NCBI GenBank assembly: GCA_036339465.1
Contig: JAYZAY010000070.1
Span: 1 to 45,005, forward strand
Origin: Myxococcota bacterium
GTDB taxonomy: Bacteria; Myxococcota; XYA12-FULL-58-9; JABJBS01
Length of the DNA: 45,005 nt
Direction: 5' to 3'
This document shows positions 1 to 10,046 of this stretch, in pieces. The notes under the pieces are model-generated. The model was given only the letters and a program-made list of their open reading frames with translations, did no database searches and was not told the DNA's origin. The position numbers and the translations under genes are program-made. How positions within the stretch are numbered: position 1 is the first letter of the stretch; every line of letters begins with the position of its first letter.

Positions 1-759
1 ATAAGCAACCTCAAACTCGGGTTCTTATGTTTCGAACCGGAGCCGTGAGATTATTTTATATGTTATTGATGCGCGGTGGTTCGGCTAACCTCCCCTCCTG
101 CACCGGTTTGGCACATATCCATAGCTGATGTGTGAGGCAAGGAATTTTCAGTGCTGGAGTTTAGGTTTTTGTGCGGGGTGGGTCGTAAAATAGGAATGGC
201 GCATCGGTGCACAAGGATGCGTGCTTGCGCAATTTGGGGTTTTGATTGAAGAGGGTTTTCTTTGGGCGTTTCATAGCGTTGGTCAGAATCTATAACAATG
301 GGGGGGAAACTGTATTTTGGAGATTTTATCAGTGTTTTGGGCTGATGAGTTTTTTTGCGCTCTAAGTCTCCTAGATATCATCACTTATTAAGTACTTCGA
401 GAGAAATGTGTTTTTGCTGGGGGGTGGTAGTGATGATTCGCGATTTCGGGACTTTAGGGTTTTGTGGTTTAGGTCGAAGGAAGTGAGGTGGTGGATGTTT
501 TTTGAAATTGATTGTAATTAGGGTTTCGCCACCTAATCTTTCGACGAGAGCGTTCATGAGGCGGGCTGGTGGTTTTAGTTGAGGTGTTAGGAAGGTGGGA
601 CTGGTGGGTTGGTTAAGGTTTTTCAGTGTTGTAGTCGCAGTTGGATACGATGGTGTTGGTTTGATGAGAGTGTTGAGTTTTAAAAGCGAGATTTTCTAGG
701 TGGAGAAGCGAGAGTTTCCCTTCGTCGTTTCTCTTGCCGAATTCTTCAGGGTTTTCCAA

Positions 760-1890
760 TCAGAACGAGAGCTGAAGTTGACTGCGGATCCGGATGTCGG
801 TTTCCTTGGTTTCTTCCGTTAAGCCTGCGATGTCTGTTTGCCATTGAAGGTTGTGACCGAAGAAGTACCCACTTAGGCCGAGGGCTATCTCTTGCTCTGG
901 ATTTCCTGCTTCCTGGGGTATGATGATGGCATAACGGAGTGCGGGTTGCCATTTTGCGTTGACCATGTAGCTGAGTTGAATGTGGGCGCCCAGTTTTTGT
1001 AGTTTGGCTTCTACCGTTTTGGAGACCGCATTCTCTGCTTGTTGTATGAGAGCGAAAACAGAACCCGTGGAGGCAAATCCATGGGCCTTTAAGGCATAGT
1101 CAACTTCAACGGCGGCTGAGCCATCGTGGGATTTATCACTGTCGATTTGCACGACGGTTGCGGCGCCGACTGCGAATCGGAGATCTCCCCCCTCGAGATC
1201 GCCTTCACTGTAGCCCTTGATTGCGCCGTGGTTATAGCCAACTCGAGCTACAATAGCCGGATTCAGTCTTTCGGGTACTTTATTGCTTCCGGCTCCATTG
1301 AATAGACCAAAAGCCCACTCGAATTCCGGTGATTTGTTGAATTTATTGTGGAGCATCAATCCCACATCGCGGCCGATCCAATCCTTGAAGGTTTTGTCGG
1401 TGATGGCTCGATCCACAAATTCCAATTTGCTACTGGAATTGAGTTGTTGTCTGGAGAATGGTTTTTTGAATTGGCCTAGGCTGAGGTGTAGTTTCTTGGG
1501 GATGAATCCGAAATCAACAACAAAGTCCTTCAGGGCTACTTTGCCTTTTCCGAAGTCGGCTTGGAATTTATAGGTGTAGTTCTTGTGGAATGCGTGACCT
1601 TTGAGGCTCAGTCGTGCTCGTTGAATTGTGAAATAGCTTTTGTCATCGGCACTGTTATTAAAGCCTTCGATTGCCTCGTAGGTAAAGCGGGTTTGTACGC
1701 GGCCTTGGATGGCGAGTTTGAAGGGGGCATGCTTGTCTTCAATAAAGAACCCTTTTTTGTAGCCGGCATTGAGTTTGGTTTCGGGAACTTCTTCTGCTCC
1801 AAAAGCGCTGGGACTCATAAGCGTGAACGGGAGCCCGAAGGTCAAGGCCAGTCTTAGGTGTCGTAGGGGGGCAAGGGATTGGGTCAACAT
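760..1890 (-). CDS. Phosphate-selective outer-membrane porin (OprO/OprP family)
   Basis: Signal peptide, motifs GRVQTRF, IQRARL, LGQFKKPFSRQQLNSS and GRDVG, and C-terminal QLQLSF beta-barrel signal. Start placed at ATG 1890 behind GGAGAG (ORF track start 1923). Lies near Pi-transport genes. Confidence 0.8.
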   Translation of the reverse strand: MLTQSLAPLRHLRLALTFGLPFTLMSPSAFGAEEVPETKLNAGYKKGFFIEDKHAPFKLAIQGRVQTRFTYEAIEGFNNSADDKSYFTIQRARLSLKGHAFHKNYTYKFQADFGKGKVALKDFVVDFGFIPKKLHLSLGQFKKPFSRQQLNSSSKLEFVDRAITDKTFKDWIGRDVGLMLHNKFNKSPEFEWAFGLFNGAGSNKVPERLNPAIVARVGYNHGAIKGYSEGDLEGGDLRFAVGAATVVQIDSDKSHDGSAAVEVDYALKAHGFASTGSVFALIQQAENAVSKTVEAKLQKLGAHIQLSYMVNAKWQPALRYAIIIPQEAGNPEQEIALGLSGYFFGHNLQWQTDIAGLTEETKETDIRIRSQLQLSF

Positions 1891-1965
1891 TCTATTCTCT
1901 CCATATTCAATGTTCATTTGCATTCTTGAAGAAATTTTTCCACCTAGAATTCTCTAATGGTCGCT

Positions 1966-1998
1966 AACATACTTTTTCAGGTGACGGCTTTGTGACAC
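1966..1998 (-). promoter_or_regulatory. Pho-box-like site (GTGTCACAAAG-CCGTCAC) followed by -10-like TATGTT
   Basis: GTGAC at 1981 and 1992 on + (11-bp period). On the minus strand this resembles the PhoB consensus CTGTCAT-N4-CTGTCAY. TATGTT at 1971-1966 lies 9 nt downstream. Confidence 0.65.
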
Positions 1999-2256
1999 TG
2001 ATATGCCAATTGAACCAAATCGACACAGCAATGGGTGTAACTGTGGTAAGTTGGTAGGCGCAGACGAGCATGGAGCTTTCAATGGGGCCTTTTGGTTCCG
2101 AGCTTGGCTGTTGCTGGTTCACCACTATCAACGATGCCCAAGCAATGAGTCCTGTGCCTACGTATCTCGATGACACCGTTTATTCTCCCCCCGCCCCCGA
2201 CAATCGAGCATCTACCAAGGTTTAAGAGGGTAAATCAGGTTTTGGGGTTCCACAGA

Positions 2257-2514
2257 TCACCTAGAAAAATCCGTGGGTTTTTCGAGAGCATCGATGGTTT
2301 CGGACACCAAGTTTTCCATTCGTTTTTCCATGGAAGCCAGCGCATCATAAAGCCCTCGATTATAGTAATATGCTCCCACGGTGGAGGTGAAAAAGTCGAG
2401 CAGTGATTCCGCGTCAAATCGACCGATCTCATGATCTAACTCATTTTCGAAATAGCGCAGGATATTCTTGGTGATGATGGTTCTTTCGTTTTCAGTGAAG
2501 TGAATTTTCTTCAT
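2257..2514 (-). CDS. DUF2164 family protein
   Basis: 85 aa, YFENELDHEIGRFDAESLLDFF...YYYNRGLYDA is typical of DUF2164. Confidence 0.8.
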   Translation of the reverse strand: MKKIHFTENERTIITKNILRYFENELDHEIGRFDAESLLDFFTSTVGAYYYNRGLYDALASMEKRMENLVSETIDALEKPTDFSR

Positions 2515-2808
2515 GGCTCCGGATTCTCGTGTTTTTGTTTTTGGGGATCAGGTTGGCTTCAAACACCACAAGACTCATACCATGCTACCGGGGATTGCTC
2601 CAGTTGCTTTGGGGTAAGGGGGATTTTAAACAGAGTCCTAGAAAGCCGTTTCTCTATACGGATAAGGGACAACTGGCCACCATGGGGAAGACGGGATTGG
2701 CGTTTGTCTCTCGGTTAAGGATATTTTAAAGGATGCGAATTTTTAGGGCGTCAACGGGAAATCTAGATTGATTGTTTCGAAGGAAAAGTTTCTTTTTGGG
2801 TTAGGTTT

Positions 2809-3483
2809 CTAGGTGTGGCCGAGTTCTCGGGAATCGTAAAAGTCGACTTTATGGAGTGGCATTACCACCGATGAAAGGATATTGAGTAGGTGCCCACTGA
2901 GTCGTTTATAGAATCGGGTTAATAGAACCATCGATGTGGTTTGAGCGGGGCTTAGATTACTTTTGGCCAATTGTTTTAATAGGTGGTCGCACCTCTTCCC
3001 AGCATTTCGTCCTCCCTGGATATATTCATTGGCGCGGTCTTGTTGCTCCTCTTGAATAATGGTGGGGGTGGCCTTCAGAGTTTCGATGGCGAGGTTCATA
3101 ATGTCACTTAGTTCATCCAGCAGTTCGCCTTGGGGAATGGGCTCGCCACCGAGTTCGCCCACTTCTGAAATATTTTTCATATAGTCGCCGATTCGTTCAG
3201 CATCTTTGACGATAGACATCAAAACCAGGCAGTAGGAGACATGACCTCCCTTAAGATTGAGATGGGTGATGATGCGTTTTCGAATAGACCGTTCGAGTTT
3301 GTTGATTTTCACGTCTAGCTTATAAACCTTCTTTCGATGATCCAGCGATAGACTGTGATCAAGAACAGTCGGTTGAATGAAATCCGACATCTCTTCGGCC
3401 AGGGTCAGCATTTCGATGAATTCTCTAGCCATGGGTTCGATAGGGTCATTGTCCCGTAAAATCTGAATAAGTTCTCGCCACAT
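2809..3483 (-). CDS. phoU: PhoU-domain phosphate transport regulator
   Basis: Helical protein with DVKINKLERSIR, IVKDAERIGDY and a second RFYKRLSGHLLNI repeat. Sits 43 bp downstream of nptA on the same strand. Confidence 0.75.
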   Translation of the reverse strand: MWRELIQILRDNDPIEPMAREFIEMLTLAEEMSDFIQPTVLDHSLSLDHRKKVYKLDVKINKLERSIRKRIITHLNLKGGHVSYCLVLMSIVKDAERIGDYMKNISEVGELGGEPIPQGELLDELSDIMNLAIETLKATPTIIQEEQQDRANEYIQGGRNAGKRCDHLLKQLAKSNLSPAQTTSMVLLTRFYKRLSGHLLNILSSVVMPLHKVDFYDSRELGHT

Positions 3484-3526
3484 ATTTTAAAGCCTCCTGG
3501 AATGGGACCAACCATGGATGTTTAGG

Positions 3527-4708
3527 TTAGATTGATTCGCTAATAAAGAAAATGATTGCTGGTAAGATATAAAACACCGCAAAGACGTACGCCACAGCCC
3601 AGCGTTTGGAGACGGTGGCAAATTCAGCCATACGGGTCGCCAAGCGAATGGGAATCATCCTTGTGGAAGTGGGGACATACCACAGTAGAATTCCCATTAA
3701 ATTGAAAAGAAGATGGACCAGGGCAATTTGTCGAGCCGCCAGTGCCGCATCTCCGGACACGACCATGGATGCTAATAATGCCGTCACCGTGGTTCCTATG
3801 TTTGCGCCGAGGGTGATGGGATAGGTTTGTGTGATGGTGATCAGTCCTGCTCCAGCCAAAGGCACTAAAACTGAAGTGGTAATTGAAGACGATTGAACCA
3901 TGATGGTTAGGACGATTCCGACCAATATTCCAATGGGCCCCCCGCTACCAAGAAATCGGTTGAGGTAGCGCTCCAGTTTGGACAGAACCAGAGTGCGCAT
4001 GACTCGAACGATGGCCCAGAGTGCTGCGAAGATAATGAGGCACCCTACGATGCCCAGCATGATAGAGGCGACTTTCTTGTCTGTGGTGACAGTATGAATG
4101 CCGTCTTTGACCAAACCGGCACCGGCTTTGAAAGCGGCTTTCAGTGGACTTTTGTATTTTGCGCCCCTGGCATCCATGGTGGTGGTGGCAATCCAACGCG
4201 ATATTCGTTCTAAGATCCCCGTTCCCGTCATGGCTCGGGTCACCAGTTCTAGGGGGAGCAGGGTTAACACTGAGAGAAAATTGAAAAAATCGTGGCAGGT
4301 AGCAGCCGCAAAAGCCCTCTTAAATTCGGTGGCGCGGGTGGCGTGGGCCAGGCTGGCAATGGTGTTGGTGACGGTTGTGCCTATATTCGCGCCCATGATC
4401 ATAGGTACAGCGGTGGCGACGGCAACTTCCCCTGAGGCGACGAGGCCGACAATCAAAGCCGTTGTGACCGAGGAGCTTTGTACCAGGGTTGTGGCGAGGA
4501 TACCGGCCAATAATGCAAGGATTGGGTTAAGGTCGTCTCCAAGGTATTGGTTCATGACGCCGGCGCCGAGTCCTTTTACCCCTTTGCTAAGGCATTCGAC
4601 TCCCACCAGAAAAATATAAAGTAAAATGACGGCGAGGATGGAATTGAGGACCAACTTTTTCGTTGATGCTGCCTTCATACCTGAATCTTCAGAAAAGGTG
4701 TTTTCCAT
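3527..4708 (-). CDS. nptA: Na+/phosphate symporter (NaPi-II/SLC34-like, NptA)
   Basis: Two inverted-repeat signatures LVQSSS...GANIGTT and MVQSSS...GANIGTT, plus HDFFN; multi-pass hydrophobic. Confidence 0.9.
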   Translation of the reverse strand: MENTFSEDSGMKAASTKKLVLNSILAVILLYIFLVGVECLSKGVKGLGAGVMNQYLGDDLNPILALLAGILATTLVQSSSVTTALIVGLVASGEVAVATAVPMIMGANIGTTVTNTIASLAHATRATEFKRAFAAATCHDFFNFLSVLTLLPLELVTRAMTGTGILERISRWIATTTMDARGAKYKSPLKAAFKAGAGLVKDGIHTVTTDKKVASIMLGIVGCLIIFAALWAIVRVMRTLVLSKLERYLNRFLGSGGPIGILVGIVLTIMVQSSSITTSVLVPLAGAGLITITQTYPITLGANIGTTVTALLASMVVSGDAALAARQIALVHLLFNLMGILLWYVPTSTRMIPIRLATRMAEFATVSKRWAVAYVFAVFYILPAIIFFISESI

Positions 4709-4981
4709 GGTGATTGCACTTGCCTTTGGTGGAGAGTTGGTAATTATTGGGGGGTTAGGCTGCTTTCGTCTCTTATCATTCTGATCTCGATTTTGGGCGT
4801 TCCTGTTTTTTATTTACCCACTCGCTCTACTCTTTATTGGGCGGCGTTATAGGGTGCTAGAATTTTCGTAAAACATGGATGCCCTGAAAACATGGTCGCC
4901 ATGAGCCACGTTTTGGTTAGGAGCACCTTTACTTCCTTGCTTACCCATTAAAGGTTGGGTCGGGAAAGCGTCAAACCTCTG

Positions 4982-5023
4982 AGGTGACGATTGTGTGACA
5001 ATTGCGTTTGATTGGGGTGACAC
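4982..5023 (-). promoter_or_regulatory. Pho-box-like array upstream of nptA-phoU
   Basis: GTGAC at 4984, 4995 and 5017 (spacing 11 and 22 bp). 4982-5000 aggtgacgattgtgtgaca closely matches 1979-1997 aggtgacggctttgtgaca. Confidence 0.7.
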
Positions 5024-5302
5024 GATAAATAGTCCAGTTATTATAGTCGCTTAATGGTTTATTTTTGTGTGCCGATCGTCGGGCATTTGCAAGCAACACG
5101 CGTCGTTGGGGGAGTTGATGATGGGCAGTCGTAGGATCTGAGAGCCGATTCCATGCCTAGCCCCTACCAAATAGTGGTCACAAATTTTACGGGTCGAACC
5201 ACGAACCATGAGAAAAATTTTGGGTTTGCGTCTCAAGTCTACGGTTTGGACCACCAAAACGCTCAAGGCTTCATGAGGATTGGCCTTCCACGAGGATTGC
5301 CC

Positions 5303-6328
5303 CTAAGACGAGAAATCTCGCTCCCCTATTCTCTCGATGACTTTTTGGGCTATTTTGGGTTTCAAGATATTTCGATGAGCCAACCAAGACAGACTTTCAT
5401 CCACCATTTCTTCAATTCCTTTGGCTTTCCAAGCGAAGGTTTCTTCGGTTTTTGAGCAGTCGTACCAGGACCAACGATGATAAAACTCTTCGGCCAACCC
5501 CTTCTTGATGGGACCCTTGGGACCTTGGATTTTTTCGAGCATGCCGGCCAATGGGACAAGCATCCAACGGGGCAAGAAATAGGGCATGGCCGAACTGTCG
5601 GTTCGGTGTGAAATCGCTTGGGCGAAATCTTTTGGGGTGAGATTCGGTCCGCTGACGATGTAGCGTTCTCCCGGTTTCCCTTGGGTGAGTGCCAAAGCGT
5701 GGATAAATGCAACGTCCCGGACATCGACGTAATTGACGCCTCCTTTGAAGACCCCCCCTAAGCCGTGGGCATAGTCGCGAACGAATGCATTGGATGGGGT
5801 CAGTTTATAATCGTGGCGGCCGATGATGCCGGCAGGGTTGATGACGATCAATGGAACGTTGAGTTCTTCGGCCTTGGCCCAGGCGATTTTCTCACTTTGG
5901 GTTTTGGCCATGATATAAGGTTCGCTGGTGTCGGTTGTCCAGTGACTGGCATCCAATACTTTTGCTTCTTTGGCCATACCCACGGCCACGATGGAGCTGG
6001 TGTGAACGACGCGCTCGATGTTGTGTTCTTGGGCGGCTTTTAATACATTTTCGACACCCTGTATCGCGGGTTCGACGATTTCATGGATGGTGCCCCCCCA
6101 GGCATAGACCGCCGCGAGATTAATGATGGTTTCACAACGGTGGGCGGCCTTATGGATAGAATCGGCATCTCTGACGTCGCCGTACTTCCTTTCCAATTCG
6201 AGCCCTTCCAGGCCCTCGTGATTTGAGTTTTCTCGTATGAACGCAACGACTTGATGCCCTCTCCCAATGAGTTCGCGAACCAGATTGGAGCCAATATGAC
6301 CATTGGCGCCGGTGACTAGGACCCGCAT
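5303..6328 (-). CDS. NAD-dependent epimerase/dehydratase (extended SDR, dihydroflavonol reductase/HpnA-like)
   Basis: VLVTGANGHIG Rossmann motif, HTSS, YxxxK (YIMAK), YVDVRDVA, GERYI. Confidence 0.85.
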   Translation of the reverse strand: MRVLVTGANGHIGSNLVRELIGRGHQVVAFIRENSNHEGLEGLELERKYGDVRDADSIHKAAHRCETIINLAAVYAWGGTIHEIVEPAIQGVENVLKAAQEHNIERVVHTSSIVAVGMAKEAKVLDASHWTTDTSEPYIMAKTQSEKIAWAKAEELNVPLIVINPAGIIGRHDYKLTPSNAFVRDYAHGLGGVFKGGVNYVDVRDVAFIHALALTQGKPGERYIVSGPNLTPKDFAQAISHRTDSSAMPYFLPRWMLVPLAGMLEKIQGPKGPIKKGLAEEFYHRWSWYDCSKTEETFAWKAKGIEEMVDESLSWLAHRNILKPKIAQKVIERIGERDFSS

Positions 6329-6628
6329 ACTTCCCCCCTTCTTTTTAGGAGAATTTTAACCACTTCGTTTTTTGATAGCCATGATATTAGAGCGTTCTTT
6401 CTTGAGGTGGAACGTTTTTCGCCGGTTAACATTTTGACCACGGATCGTGGGAGATTAATCAAAAAAAGGGGCAATAGTCCCGTTTATTGGGCACCTTAGG
6501 GAGGTAAAGAAATCTTTTATTTGAATTGCGCACTGCCTATGGACTTTAGAAATGAAACCCAATTGCGTTTGGGACTTACTTGATTGGCTTGGGTGGGTAG
6601 CGCCGTAGGCGCTTGAGGATTTTATGCC

Positions 6629-7180
6629 TTAGGTGTGGGGGTGAGGTAGATTGCTGTTAAACAGTTCTAGGGTTGCATCCATATTGTATTGGTCGCAATG
6701 GGCCACAAAGTCGTTTCTGAGGGCGTTGATGGAACAATCTCGAGGGATCCCGACGATGAAATGGGCCCCAAAGAGAGTGGTTCCTGTCATGGGGGCGTCG
6801 TAGGTTTCGGTGTACATGCTCTCGATGTTGATTGCGCGACCGATGAAAAATTCCGTGATGTTTTTGACCAAACCAAGATCGTCGATGGTGACCACTTCAG
6901 CGGCATAGGGAATCTTGTCTGAATGATCGGAAGGTGCGCTCATATGACGACATAGGAATTCGAGACCAGTTGCATCGGAGAGTCTCGGGAGTTCTTCTCG
7001 AAGTGCTTCGAGGTCTTTGTGCTCGCCCGATGTGTGCATGAGCAATGTGCATTGCCCTGCCATGATCGTCATGCGTGTTTCGCAGATATTGCAGTTGAAG
7101 TTGGTGGCAGTTGCCGAAAGTTGATTGATGATACCTGGTTTGTCGTCCCCTACGGCAACGATAACGATTTCTGTTTTCAT
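6629..7180 (-). CDS. gcvR: Glycine cleavage system repressor GcvR (tandem ACT domains)
   Basis: VAVGDDKPGII, CNICETRM, second ACT domain with AINIESM and APMTGTTLF; ATG at 7180. Confidence 0.8.
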   Translation of the reverse strand: MKTEIVIVAVGDDKPGIINQLSATATNFNCNICETRMTIMAGQCTLLMHTSGEHKDLEALREELPRLSDATGLEFLCRHMSAPSDHSDKIPYAAEVVTIDDLGLVKNITEFFIGRAINIESMYTETYDAPMTGTTLFGAHFIVGIPRDCSINALRNDFVAHCDQYNMDATLELFNSNLPHPHT

Positions 7181-7538
7181 GAGTTGATTCCAGTATTTCG
7201 CGGACAAGTTTTGTCAAAAGCGTAGTATTGTATATGGGCAGCCCCTAGGGAGGGTCAATGAGGTCAAGGTACCTTTGACCTTTCTTGGGTCAGCATAGAG
7301 CATTTATTTACTCGCGAATTAGGTGGGTTAGGGGGCAGATGCCATGGCTCTTTGTCTTATGAATTCCATCTCGATTTTTTCGCTTTTGGTTTGGTCCGTT
7401 GGTAAGGGCCAGGATCTTTGTGGTTTTGTCTACGTTACTCGCGCAAAGCTGCTATCGGGTCTGAGTTCCAAGAGTTGCCTCTGTTTTTATTCGGAAGCTA
7501 GGGAGACAAGTTTGAAAGGTTTATAGTACTTGGTCATT

Positions 7539-7582
7539 GGCCATGGTTTTTCGGCCATGGTTTTTCGGCCATGGTTTTTCGG
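7539..7582. repeat. 14-bp tandem repeat GGCCATGGTTTTTC x3 (+GG)
   Basis: Exact copies at 7539, 7553 and 7567, abutting the stop codon at 7583. Confidence 0.95.
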
Positions 7583-9028
7583 TTACCGATCGCAATCGGG
7601 ATCTTCTGGGTATCTCACACACCAAGGCTCATAAGTGGTGTCGCACTCTGGTGAATTGGGATACATATTGCAAAAGCTTTTCCACTCCGCACAATCGACT
7701 GAGTAGGGGTAATATTCACACATACTATCGTGGTCTTGGCAGTAGCTGTCTTCCGGATATTCATCGCAGTAACTAATGTTGCCATCACGACTCCAGCTTC
7801 CCGAGCTTTCGCCTTGGCAGAAAGCAGCATCGGGAAACATGATGCATGCTTCGACGGGATTGCATTCTTGAATATTGAATTCCTTGGGGCAGCGACTTTC
7901 GGCGGCCCAATCGGAACAAAAAGTCGATACTGGAGCGAATTCGCAGAAGGTCAAAGATGCGCTGTTGGCTTGGGCAGCGCGATACTTACACTGGATATCC
8001 TCGGGGTTGTTATTACAGAATTCGTCCAAATCAAGGCAGCCTGGATTGTTGGGGTGGCTCAAACAGAATCCATCTTCCAAGGTGTTGAGGTTACAGGTGG
8101 GATGATTGGGAATCACTTCGCATGAGGCTAGGCTCAATAATTTGGGGTATGAGTGAAGGTCAGCAGCCATACACGTGGCCACACATTGGTTGTAAGTGGT
8201 GTTGGGATCGTGATTGAGGAGTTCATTACATGATGTTGCAACACTGCAATTGGCAATGCATTGTTCGTCGGCTTGACAAATATTGTCTGTATTCCAGTCT
8301 GGGGAGACCGGATCGGCAATTCCTCGGGTGTTGCCGCAATATTGCATATAGGCTTTGGCGTCTCCACAGGTGGCGGGGCCGTTGGCGTAGCACGAAAAGA
8401 CACATTCGCCGTAGGCTTTTTTCTCGGCGGGGCTGTTGGAAGAGTTTGGTAAAATAGCATCGCAGTTGGTTTGTTCTAGGCAGGTTGCCTCACAGGCCAG
8501 ATGGGGGGTACAGATTCCGTTATAGCCGATTTGTGTGGCGGAGATGCCACATTGGGTCGCGAGGGCATCCATCACTCGGTCACAACTGGTGGTATCGAAA
8601 TACATGCCAAAATCGGGAGCGTATTCCTCTTCGACGCCGGTATTACTGTTGTCGTTGTTGTTGTCGTTGTTGTTGTCGTTGCTGTTGTCGTTGCTGTTGT
8701 CGTGAGGGGATGAGTCGGTGGGCGTTTCATCATTAGAGGATGGTTGCTCTGAAGTGTCGGTATTGTTTTCGGCAGGTGCTTCGTTTTCGTTCGAATTGTC
8801 GGCTGCCGATGATGAGGGTGCAGATGTCTCTGGGGTGGTATCCACTTCCGAACTGGTATCGGCGGCGGTATTTTCAGTGCTGGTTATTTCGGGGCGTCGA
8901 GCTTGGGGTTGAGTTCCACACCCCCAAGAACTGATAATTAAGGTGGTGGTCAATACTGTGATTATTCGGTTGTGCACTACTCTTTCCCGATTCCTTCTCA
9001 AGGAGTTTTGTCCTTTTGGTAGAGACAT
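7583..9028 (-). CDS. Cys-rich secreted lipoprotein with low-complexity linker
   Basis: Hydrophobic stretch ending SWG-C (lipobox-like), Ser/Thr/Asn/Asp linker, duplicated Cys-rich block, C-terminal C-x3-P-x4-C repeats; start uncertain. Confidence 0.7.
   Translation of the reverse strand: MSLPKGQNSLRRNRERVVHNRIITVLTTTLIISSWGCGTQPQARRPEITSTENTAADTSSEVDTTPETSAPSSSAADNSNENEAPAENNTDTSEQPSSNDETPTDSSPHDNSNDNSNDNNNDNNNDNSNTGVEEEYAPDFGMYFDTTSCDRVMDALATQCGISATQIGYNGICTPHLACEATCLEQTNCDAILPNSSNSPAEKKAYGECVFSCYANGPATCGDAKAYMQYCGNTRGIADPVSPDWNTDNICQADEQCIANCSVATSCNELLNHDPNTTYNQCVATCMAADLHSYPKLLSLASCEVIPNHPTCNLNTLEDGFCLSHPNNPGCLDLDEFCNNNPEDIQCKYRAAQANSASLTFCEFAPVSTFCSDWAAESRCPKEFNIQECNPVEACIMFPDAAFCQGESSGSWSRDGNISYCDEYPEDSYCQDHDSMCEYYPYSVDCAEWKSFCNMYPNSPECDTTYEPWCVRYPEDPDCDR
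8646..8703. repeat. In-frame 12-bp repeat (~5 copies) encoding DNSN/DNNN
   Basis: (c/t)tgttgtcgttg units inside the lipoprotein linker. Confidence 0.9.
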
Positions 9029-9128
9029 TGCCCTTTTCTATAGACCGCTTACTGATTTTAGCAAATGGGTTTTGGTGAGACAATATAAGCACTTAAAATG
9101 GATGAGGGTTAAATACTTCGGTTGGGCT

Positions 9129-9749
9129 TTAGTCGGGGGGGGCGTAATGGGGTAATAATGCGGCGTTTGCCAAATCCTCGATCGGGTTTACTAGGTGGTG
9201 GATTGCCTCTCTACTTGGGGAAATGGTTTGGCGTGTGGCTTTGGGTCGCTTGGTGGCGCCGAAGTGCTTCAGGTTTTCTAGAATTTTATCGGCTCTTACG
9301 AGAGATGAATGTGGTTGTTGGGGGAGCGTATCGGCCACGGTTTTGCTTCGTGTTTTCAGCGTTGTGGTTTTGAATATCTCGTGATTTTTGAGTGCGTGAA
9401 TATTGTTGGATATGGGAGAGATTTCTATCGAGTCGCGATTACCCTTTTCGGTCGGCGTGGTTTCTTGATTAGATTTACTTCGGTTTTTGGTTGGATTCAA
9501 TTTTAGCCGGGCTCTGACGGCTCTGGAAATGATTCTTGATTTTTGGCTTGCGTCTTCGACCTGCGCGGTTTCTTGGGTTGGTGTCGGGGTGGCATGTTCT
9601 GCTTCAACGCCCTGAAGGTTTAGGAGATAAAGGCTGCCCATCCCCGCAACCATCACCAGACACAAGATGGTGTTCAACAAAATTCTTTCATCGGACTTCA
9701 TTCTTCGCTCCTTGGGTTTGGCGCACTGCGTACTCCTACTCTCTGACAA
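9129..9749 (-). CDS. Hypothetical protein with one N-terminal TM segment
   Basis: ILLNTILCLVMVAGMGSLYLL TM followed by a polar tail; no recognised family; start uncertain. Confidence 0.45.
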   Translation of the reverse strand: MSESRSTQCAKPKERRMKSDERILLNTILCLVMVAGMGSLYLLNLQGVEAEHATPTPTQETAQVEDASQKSRIISRAVRARLKLNPTKNRSKSNQETTPTEKGNRDSIEISPISNNIHALKNHEIFKTTTLKTRSKTVADTLPQQPHSSLVRADKILENLKHFGATKRPKATRQTISPSREAIHHLVNPIEDLANAALLPHYAPPD

Positions 9750-10046
9750 GCATTAAACGTGCCATTAATTGAAAGTCATTACCGGGTGATTTTAGTGACT
9801 TACATTCGAAAACAGGGATTTTGTGATGGGGCACTAAATGATGGCTATTTGAAGAAAAAATTGGCGCCCTATGTCCCCATGAAAACGACTTTTAAGTGGG
9901 TTGTGGGTCTTTCGACTCTTGGTTTTTGGTCATTGGCTTGCCTGAATGCTACGGCGGGACGGACTGACATCGGTCATCATGATTTCCTTGTTCATCGTTC
10001 TCTCATCGGTTATCTAACGGCACTCAATGAATTAGGAGCAAGCTCC

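Noticed and set aside
68..112. glmS ribozyme, yybP-ykoY riboswitch or retron ncRNA on the minus strand (GAGGGGAGGTTAGCCGAA)
   Set aside because: Only a partial resemblance; the other conserved elements and a linked RT are not visible
141..745. Replication origin or RNA gene in the long G/T-rich non-coding stretch
   Set aside because: No DnaA-box cluster, tRNA cloverleaf or rRNA signature recognised
9759..10046. N-terminal 96 aa of the PLC-like ORF
   Set aside because: The AGGAG RBS, signal peptide and lipobox point to ATG 10047
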